Source of the DNA: Paraglomus brasilianum
Taxonomy: Eukaryota
Length of the DNA stretch: 36,385 nt
Reading direction: 5' to 3'
Assembly (NCBI GenBank): GCA_910592345.1
Contig: CAJVPI010000293.1
Location: 1-36,385, forward strand
Shown here: piece after piece, positions 27,650 through 36,385 of the stretch
Position numbering within the stretch: the first letter of the stretch is position 1
Layout: each line of letters opens with the position of its first letter
Notes under the pieces: model-generated
The model's database searches: none
The model's input: the letters and a program-made list of their open reading frames with translations, nothing else
What the model was told of the DNA's origin: nothing
Translations under genes and position numbers: made by a program

Positions 27650-30141
27650 ATGCCTTCTGGTGAATCAGGAGAACTAAGACGCTTCCGCTCGACCACTTCA
27701 AGCTCTAACGAACGCTCGTCTTACAGGTTTGCGTCCCACTAATAAACCCACTTTACATTCACACATATAATGAGTAAATACAATTCTTTAGATCTAGTCC
27801 CGTACATTCTTCCGCGCGATTATTCATGCATGCAGTGAAGGACGCACGTAAAAGTGCACGAGGATCCACTGATCAAATAGGTTAGCTAATTTACTATTAT
27901 CATTACCGATGCAAGCAAAAAAACGAGCGTGAACATACTATCATGCAGGCATTTTCTATTAAGAATGTTTTACATGTAATGAATATTTATACGTGACTAC
28001 TTGTGACTTTCAGATGAAAGTGAAGACACAACACCTCGGAATAATAAACGACAGCATAGCCCGTACGCTGACTATGAGTCTAGTTCAGATCAGAAACGTA
28101 AAGCTCGCAGAGTTGAAAGTGAGTCGGCACCGGAACAGTCTCGTTCACATGACGCCGATACATATCACTATAACAACTTACCTGTGGCCGTTGACAGTTC
28201 AATCACGGATAATTCATCGTACGACAGATTCTCCCCTGAATCAACACGTCGAGAGCATGGTAAATATCGTAACATCATTTCGATTGAACGTTCGTCGACG
28301 TTTTCCTGGCTTGAAATGCACGATAAACATCAGCTCGTTAACACATTTCATCAGGGAACGACCGACGCGGGGCCGATTCGAGATACGGCAATAATCAGCA
28401 TCGTAGCATACTAGATCGGCTTGGGAAAAAGGGTGGTATGACAACTGCATACATTAATCCTGCCTTTTTCCAAGGCTCTAATGCGGCATCTCCCGTCATG
28501 CCGTCTGATGTTCCTCCCGATAAGAAGGTCTCGAGGTGTCGTAATTGGCCTAATTGTGATCTTGGGTCGTCCTGCAGGTTTTATCATCCTACAGAGATAT
28601 GTCCGTAAGTAGAAACATACCGATTAACAGAATGGCTTCTTCTTACCCTAATACTGTTTTTTTTGTGTGTTTTTTTTTAACAATGTGCTAATTCTATTTA
28701 TCAGCATGTTTCCGTTTTGCCCTAATTCCCCAAAGTCATGTCTTTTTATCCACCCTGCTGATCAATCGTATGGAATGGGTCCCTTTAGCTATGCATATAC
28801 CGCTGGAGGCAACTATCCTGTATTAGGACAGTCAGGTGGGACATTTCCACGTGCAAACGGAATGTTTGGTATGAACCAAAGCACAATAGGCGAGGGTGAA
28901 ATTAAGGGTGTAATTAGAGAAGGTAGTAGTGAACAATATATGCAGAATGAAAACAGCTTGGCTAATCAGACTAGTGATGTAACCAAAAAATCACCCACCA
29001 CCTCATTGATGACTACAAGCATGAGTTCGATGTCAGCCGAATTATCGGATATCGCTTCTACTTCACAGACTGCTGCTTTATGTAAATTTGGAGACAGCTG
29101 TGCGAATGTTAGTAGATATTATACTTTGACATTATTTGAGGGTTACTTTATATTATTCTGTTTATGGATTGTTTTACCATGTTATTTTCTCGCTGAAAAA
29201 TGAATTCTTTTATTACAGCCTAATTGTACGTTTGCTCACGAAAGTCCTGCTGCAATCGGAAGTAGTGGATACCTTTCGGCTCTCCTCGACGTGCCGTGTA
29301 AATTTGGAAGTCGTTGTGTTAATCCCAAATGTCGCTTTTCTCATCCTAGTCCTGCTTCAGGTGAGATTTGTATTTATTGAGTATAGATGTCTACCCATTT
29401 TTTATTTTCCTATGCTTGTCGTTTTACCATCACCGCTACAACGTTGTCTTTTCGTTTAATATAGCTATTGACGGTCCTGAACCATGTAGATATTATCCCA
29501 GCTGTGTAAATCCATCGTGCCCATATACGCATATTGACTACAGGTATGGGATTCAGATGATTGTTTTATTGTATTAGAGTATATGTTCTGATGAGCTGTA
29601 TACTGTCTAACAGTGAGTCTGAGAAGCTACCGGTACCGTGTCGCAATGGTGGTAACTGTAAACGGCCGAGATGTCATTTTCTTCACCCATGGGACAAAAT
29701 AGATACCTCAAAAATGCCGGTAAGTAGTAGTTTCAAACTTGTGGCTTTGAGTGTTGCCATGAACGTTATAAGTTAATATTATTACCATCATCGTAGTGCA
29801 AATTTGGTATTCTATGTCGTAGACCAGATTGCAAGTATTATCATCCACAGGGTAAAGCTCAGACCGATTTCAATAAACATATCTCCGAACGCGCGTTTGC
29901 GGTCTCGGATAATTTTGTGGAGAGTTTGGTACCTGCTGAAAAAGATGCGGCAAAGATAGAGAACAAAACGGATGAACCTAAACTAGACGAAGAATCAAAG
30001 TCATCTGACGAGAAAGAACAAGAGAATGAAGATACAACTAACTTTGATGAACTCAATATGGATGATGTCAATTGGGATGATATTGATGATATAATTATTA
30101 ATGATGGAGATCCAGCTGGACACACTGTCTTTGACATCTAA
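27650..30141 (+). CDS. NAB2: Nab2/ZC3H14-type nuclear poly(A)-binding protein with seven CCCH zinc fingers
   Basis: Spliced ORF with RLFMHAV, SILDRLG and the fingers CRNWPNCDLGSSCRFYH, CPMFPFCPNSPKSCLFIH, CKFGDSCANPNCTFAH, CKFGSRCVNPKCRFSH, CRYYPSCVNPSCPYTH, CRNGGNCKRPRCHFLH and CKFGILCRRPDCKYYH, then HISERAFA and an acidic tail. The start codon is uncertain (ATG lies 2 nt after a possible splice acceptor). Confidence 0.82.
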
Positions 30142-31621
30142 AGAGTGAGTAATGCGTGTGGGATAAAATACATCACCGATGACACATGTATGAATTGCAA
30201 TTATTTCGTCAATTTTGAATTAAACTAATAATCATCAATTGGTTGTACGACTATGTATTCTTTGTTCGGTTTAGGATCGAAGAATTTTTTTGTGGCAAAT
30301 TTATTGCCCTAGCCGCTTCCGGTTGTAGGAATATTCTAAACGGGGGGTTTTTTGTGAGAATTACTTATCACAATTCTCAATCGATATGTGAAAGCGTTTC
30401 ATGAGACAATTTAAACATGCCGACAAGCCGATTTCCTTATCTTTTCAGTTAGTAGATGACTTTGTAGTATTAGCAAATCAAAGGAAATGTGAAAATACGA
30501 TGCTCTCTTGCGTTACAGAAACTCAATCCTAAGATACCTTGAAACCCATTATCAGTCCTCGAGAGATGTAATTATATTGGGTGAGTTTTTAACAATTACT
30601 CGGAATTCAATCTGCGTTGACGTTAATATTGACTTTAAATGTCAGACTCACTTTCCCTCTAATAACAAGTGCGTAAGATATTTATCATATTGTCTACTAC
30701 CCTCATCTCGATTCAACCCTTGGCCTTCCACGGTTTGAAATACTTTTCCTCAGTTGTATATCGTATTGATATGTACTAGATAGAAATTAAAAAATAAGAT
30801 AATGAGTGGGATAATATTTGGCTATTTGTACTCTTAAACTGACTGTTACAAATATCTACTTGTGCTTTTACAGTTGACAATTTGACTGATTTCTCGATAG
30901 CTACGTATTAATATTATCGGAAGTTCTGAATTGTCTGGAAGTCATGGGTTGTCATATTAATATTTTTATAGCAAACCATTACGTAAAAAGACCCTTTTAG
31001 ATGCCGTATTAGGAATCTTTGTATTAGGAGAGTGATCAATGCGTAACAATGTTATCAATGCGCAACAAAGCCCTTAATCACATTGTCGTTGTAAAACAAA
31101 CGAATGCCTCCTTTGAGTATCATCTATTGGTTTCCTAGCCGGATATTGAAAAGTTGCTAATCGGATCCAGTGTTTTCATTTATCACCATGGTTCGAAAAA
31201 TCATGACGTGATTTAGTATCCCCCCTCCCCACCTCGCGTTCTTTTCATTTGGTCATCTCTTTAGGACAAAAAAAATCGAATTTACAGAGGTGGGAAAGAC
31301 AAGACGTTCTACAAACTACTTGTCTTTACAATTTTGATTACTGCCAATGTATTTTGTCAAAGTAACATTAACGTAGAAACTGCGGTGTTCAATGGTTTTT
31401 TGAATCCCTGTGACGTAATGTTCAATTGGATTTTCGTTGCTGCAAGTTTATACATGACATTTTGTATTTTATTATAATACAGAAAAAACCACTAAAAATC
31501 AGAAAGAAAGCAAACTACAATTTCTTAAATTTTATGACAGTCCTTTGTAATGGATGATGAAAATCCACATGTAAAGGATTTTTTTTGTCGAACGTTATTC
31601 CATTTTCGTGCGCTAGTCATA

Positions 31622-32543
31622 TTATTGTTGAAGTGTTCTTCTTATCTCTTCAGCATCATCTTTTACTTCACTGTCATTATACCAATTGTCTACACCGCCC
31701 ACGATACGAGGAGAAACAAGCGCTATGACGTCATCACACTCTTTCATAAACGTTCTTTGTGCATCCGATCCAATAACCCCAGCAACAAGCACGATTTTAC
31801 CACGGTAACCCATCTTCCGGAGTATTGCGATTGTGCAGCGAGCATTTTGACCAGTTTGAATGCCATCGGTGACAAGTATCACGGTTCCATCCTCACCAGC
31901 TGGTAATGGTAAATTGAGAGGAGAATATAGTTCTGCCTTGAAAACAAGTTCGTTGCGGGCACTATCGATGCAGTACTTGAGTGTCTCCTCAGAGACTTGG
32001 CATCCACTAAACAGGAACGAACAAGATATATTGTTATTACAATGATGCAAGCGATGAGATACGTTTTCATTTTTTCATTGTTGGCCAAATATAATATGTA
32101 TGTATATAATGTATATATGCGTACCTTATTATTTGCTCTTTCAATAGGACACCGTCCCATCCGTTGGCAACGGCGCCAACAGTCAGGTCGTGGACTTTGA
32201 ATGAATGCACAAGGAAGAGGTCAAGCGGTAGTTCTAATGACTTGGCAATTTCGGCACCAATAAGAGTAGCGGAGGGCTTTATTGCCAATACAGCTATAGG
32301 AAATAGACAGACACGATTATTATCAGGCTTGGCTTAGTCATCAATAAACTTGGTAGTCATTTGATTGTTCTCACCTGCATTTGACTGAGGACGGTGATAT
32401 TTGAGCAGAGTGGCCAGTAATTTTCCAACTTCGGTGCGAGAAATGAATTTCTTCTGACCGATACTTGCTCGGCGTGGAAGCGTGTGTGTGTTGTTATCGA
32501 ATTCTTGAGGGTTGAAAAACGATAGAGGACGCTCGGCTAACAT
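31622..32543 (-). CDS. Type I phosphoribosyltransferase-like protein (bacterial COG1926-like)
   Basis: Three exons: FISRTEVGKLLATLL, VLAIKPSATLIGAEIAKSLELPLDLFLVH, TVGAVA, TVILVTDGIQTGQNA, KIVLVAGV, CDDVIALVSP..GGVDNWY. The order matches the F.dR.eAG..La / lpld...vrK / vilvDDGiATG / avg.wY pattern of that family. Confidence 0.78.
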
Positions 32544-35500
32544 TTTGTGAATATGCAAAGAATATGGTTATTGTAAGTCTCTGTAAAGGGTCTGCGTCCT
32601 TTTACCGATAAGATAAGTTTGATCCTAGTGCATATTTATATAATCTATAAGATAATAAACATGGCGTATATAAAAATTAAATTAAACTTGCCTACCAATC
32701 ATATTACTATGCGTGTGTAACTGAAGCAAATCTGGTGAGCGGATTAGACCATTAATGTGTTCCATTACGAAATGTCGTCTATCATCCCACCCTTTTATCA
32801 CATAGCCCCACCGTCGATCAGTGAAATCTTACGATCATAATAACAATCATGTATAATGATGGAAGACACCTATTGTAACAACAAGAGCGTTGATAATATT
32901 CATTTTTTCATTCGTGGTAGATAACATTTGTTCCCAATTATAACTGTAACTCAAGCCCCAAACAATTCCCACATTTCCGTTATCTCAGAGTACAAGATTC
33001 GAGATGCTATAAATGGAAAGGGCGTGTACAATGTTACATCCTTTATTTAGTACCTTAAAAGGCATGTTGCGTGTGGGAGTATTTGTAATACTATGTATTG
33101 GGGGTGATTTTATCTGCAGTATATTTAATACATTTAATTGCTGTATGTGTTTCCTTATCCGAGTTCATTCTCAACACGATAATACAGTATTTGACGCAGC
33201 AACAACTTCATCATCAATCGAATCACGGACAATATTGTTCGTTGGTTGTCCAAGATCTGATTTTTCGGTGTGTGTAATCATGTATAATGTTGTTCTATTT
33301 CGTTTTATCATTTTCACAACTAACGTTAATAGGATCTGTGGTGAGAAGAGTGTTGTCATCAGCACTATTTATGTGAGGCTTTTTTGTTCTTCGACAGGGG
33401 AAGCATACACAGAAACTAGTTCTCATGTTACGTTTAGACTACATACTCACGCATAAAAGATATTTTTAGCATACGAACTAATATTATTGACGCCATATTT
33501 GCCAAAGGCCTCTGCTGAAATGGTGATTCATATTGGATGTCTGCCCAGGATATTTTCCTGAAGTGGTCAAGAAGCAATGGAAACCGGAGCGTGCCCTAAT
33601 GTCGTAATCGTTGTCGCAGACGATTAGTTGACACGGGATATAGATGTTCCGTTGGCAAGAGATTCGATTGTCTCTAACAAGCCCTGCCATTCAATTGTAA
33701 CAAGCAACACGGCGTCCACCAAAGAATGTAGGACTTTATTTATGTGAGAGATACTGTATGTGTCGGTAGTACGAGAGGGGATATGTCTGCGAGGAGCATT
33801 ATCAATAGTGGAGCGAGTTTATCTTATATACTGATAGCCGCCGTGTCAATCTAACTGCTGAGTAGTGTGAGTAGTGACAGAATCATTTCTTGGCTGTTAG
33901 CATTTAATAGGTTATTCGTAACCATTGCTTTTACTGGTCTTCTAGGTCCGTCATACAAGTGGTTTTTTTTTCAAATGTGCCAAGGATATCTACGTAAGCT
34001 TGATTCGAGTATCAGTGCTGACTAAATGTCTAACGCGTGTTGACAGTAGGGGATTGCATCAAAATCGGGAATATTCTTGCATTTCGCCTTTTTTATTACG
34101 CAGTTGGTTTTTGAATCTGGTCTTGGAAACTGTCACCCGATGTGATGCCACGAATTATTTCATCTTCCGCAGCAATCATAATAATGACGCAGTGTTACAT
34201 GCTGACACATTCACAACGGCGCAAAACGGCGCACACGACGCAGCGGGCGCTATCGATTAGACTAGGCATGGACGAGAAGTTGAAAGTGATAGTTACAATC
34301 CAATCCATAATGTATATATACAAAGAAACAGAGAATATACTTACAAATATTTAATTATAGCAGCTGCAAGCTTGCACACATTAGCATTAGAGCTATCAAA
34401 AGAACCACACACATAATAGACAACAGGGTGTAGCTTACTCGCAATAAGAAGAGTCTAAACATTCCAGTGGCAGTATTTCAGACACAACGATATCAGAATT
34501 TGATTTATTATCACGTCTTCATATGCCTAATCTATTTCGTGTTGGTCTTAAGTAGTTATAATTTTATTATCATACACATAGTTTACTTTCCATTTTCTTT
34601 AAACTAGTTATGCAATAAAGGCTATAGAGTACAAAGCTAACTTTCGCTTAAAAAGACCGTACTAATTATTATTTCTTTATGCGCAACAAGACAGTTTGCT
34701 GATACAGGGTGCAAGAGGTGATACATCTGCCGCCTGCCACCATTTATACCATTACGATGAGGGTGTACACCCCGACTTAATAATGGGGACGAAAGTCAGG
34801 TGGTTGTCCTCAGAATATATTTTGAGCTTTCGTCCGTCCGAACAAAGTTTTTTTTTTCCTTCCTCGAGGTTATCACATTAAACAATATAACACTTGGTAC
34901 TTGTCTAATCGCTAGTATTCTAACAGAAACAGAAACAAGTTGCTTTTGTCGGTGTGAGCATTCCTTGCAATAGACGTGGGGGAGGAAAGCGACGTAGGCT
35001 TCCTGAATGGTTCTGGACGGAAGAGGAGAGTTTGCTTTTATGACTGTGTATAACTGTCAAAAGAATTGCTATATGTTATAATTGAATAGTATTGGGGTAT
35101 ATATATATATTATTATCATTAGAAAGTGTAAAGGATGACCAAGATCAAAGCCAGCTGAACTGTTCATAACAATCTTTTCAGATGCACTTAGTCCAAGGCA
35201 AGGCTTACAACACTCTTTGAGTTCAACGTCATCGTTTATTGACAATAAATCTAGATGACCTATCTATACGTAATTAACTTTCTTATAAAACTGTAGCAAT
35301 AATAAATAAACAAACAGATATAATTACTTCGTATGTGTCCATTTTTGCAAAGTGTTTCCTCCGATATACACCGGGAACGTGCAATGAACATTTAAAGCAA
35401 TCACTATACAATATCTCCTACAATGTCTTTTGCCACATCCTTTATTAATATCGAAAACTCTTTTGAGCATTACATAACAAGATACGACGGCTTTGAAGGA

Positions 35501-35674
35501 TTCTCCTGTCGAAGACAAAAACCTCACAAGTTACCAATTGCAGTCAAGCGTACGATGACGTATTCCTCCGTGATGTGTATAATATATTAGATGTGTACTA
35601 AGCGACAGAAAATCGTCTCTTATGATTACTCGATAATTTTCGTGAAAGTTGGATGACTTGACTTCAACGGCGTT

Positions 35675-36276
35675 CACGTACTGGATAAAAGTATCGGACA
35701 CTATAACTTTATTAATTGCTCTAAGTGTACATAATAACTGAAGCTAAACTTTTCATATGTCATAGCCTAACTTCTATGAAATGCGGAGATTATATTTATT
35801 TCTTTTGTAAACAATATAATAAACGGGATTGGTGTTTTTATTTTAATATTTAACCTAAAAATGTCTGACTTAACCGAAACCAAATTATCTTTGAGCATAA
35901 ATAAATATTAATAAGCAAAAAACCAGACTTGATGTTTCTACCAAAACTATTAGGAGAAATTCCGACATCCAAACCTTTACTCACTGCTAAATTGGTGTAT
36001 TGAAAGAAAGAATTAAACCTATTGAACATTTATGGTCAGAACTGGAAAGGCGTATTAGAAAGCATTCAATTATGGCTAAAAAATATAAGGGAACTTGAGA
36101 CGGCATTACAGGAGGAATGGAGCCAAATTACTGACGATGTTTTGATGAATTTAATTAAAAGCAAGGGCTGGTCAACAAAGGATTAGTCTTATGCATAGAT
36201 TCATAAGAAGCTAGACTATGGCATATACGAATTTTAGCCTCAATTATTATGTACAGATACTTTTGTCCAGGTTGTG
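35675..36276 (+). mobile_element. Internally deleted Tc1-like element
   Basis: Imperfect TIRs CACGTACTGGATAAAAGTATC (35675) and GATACTTTTGTCCAGGTTGTG|TA (36276). Remnant reads PIEHLWSELERRIRKH..ELETALQEEWSQI..LMNLIKS..KGWSTK. Confidence 0.82.
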
Positions 36277-36320
36277 TATGTGGGCTCTCGACGTTTAACA
36301 TTTAATAAAGTCAACTGCCG

Positions 36321-36362
36321 TTAATTCGACCGCCTCCGTTCCGGAGTCATCGGTCGAATTAA
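36321..36362. repeat. 12-bp perfect inverted repeat, probably the terminal region of another pogo-like element
   Basis: TTAATTCGACCG ... CGGTCGAATTAA with an 18-bp spacer, preceded by AAGTCAACTGCCG, which resembles a degenerate CAGTCAAC terminus. Confidence 0.5.
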
Positions 36363-36385
36363 ACGTTTATCCAATCAGAAGCATT

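Noticed and set aside
33013..33456. 147-aa plus-strand ORF
   Set aside because: Cys/Phe/Ile-rich composition typical of random AT-rich frames, with no motif or splice support.

Overview
Eukaryotic, intron-rich, AT-rich DNA with short GT-AG introns. It most likely comes from an early-diverging fungus (Mucoromycota/Glomeromycotina-like); this is inferred from gene and transposon types. I reconstructed eight spliced host genes by hand: the 5' end of a KIX+polyQ (Med15/Gal11-like) gene, a ~1,500-aa sacsin-type GHKL ATPase (DUF3684-like), an MT-A70-family protein with a degenerate catalytic motif (MTA9-like subunit of the DNA 6mA methyltransferase complex), an AIG2-like gamma-glutamylcyclotransferase, an ethanolamine/choline kinase, a calcineurin-like metallophosphoesterase, a Nab2/ZC3H14-type 7xCCCH zinc-finger protein, and a bacterial-type (COG1926-like) phosphoribosyltransferase with a degenerate PRPP loop. 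A GT62 (Anp1/Mnn9-like) mannosyltransferase gene is a pseudogene with a DD34D-type mariner inserted in its membrane-anchor exon. Intergenic space holds decayed Tc1, mariner and pogo-like elements and MITEs, several with recognisable TIRs and TA target-site duplications. I saw no tRNA, rRNA, CRISPR array or Fanzor/TnpB. I did not find a clearly new multi-gene system. The best leads are the three apparently intact genes with altered catalytic motifs, the mariner knock-out, and the shared terminal architecture of the pogo-like families. All family assignments come from motif recognition, not database searches.
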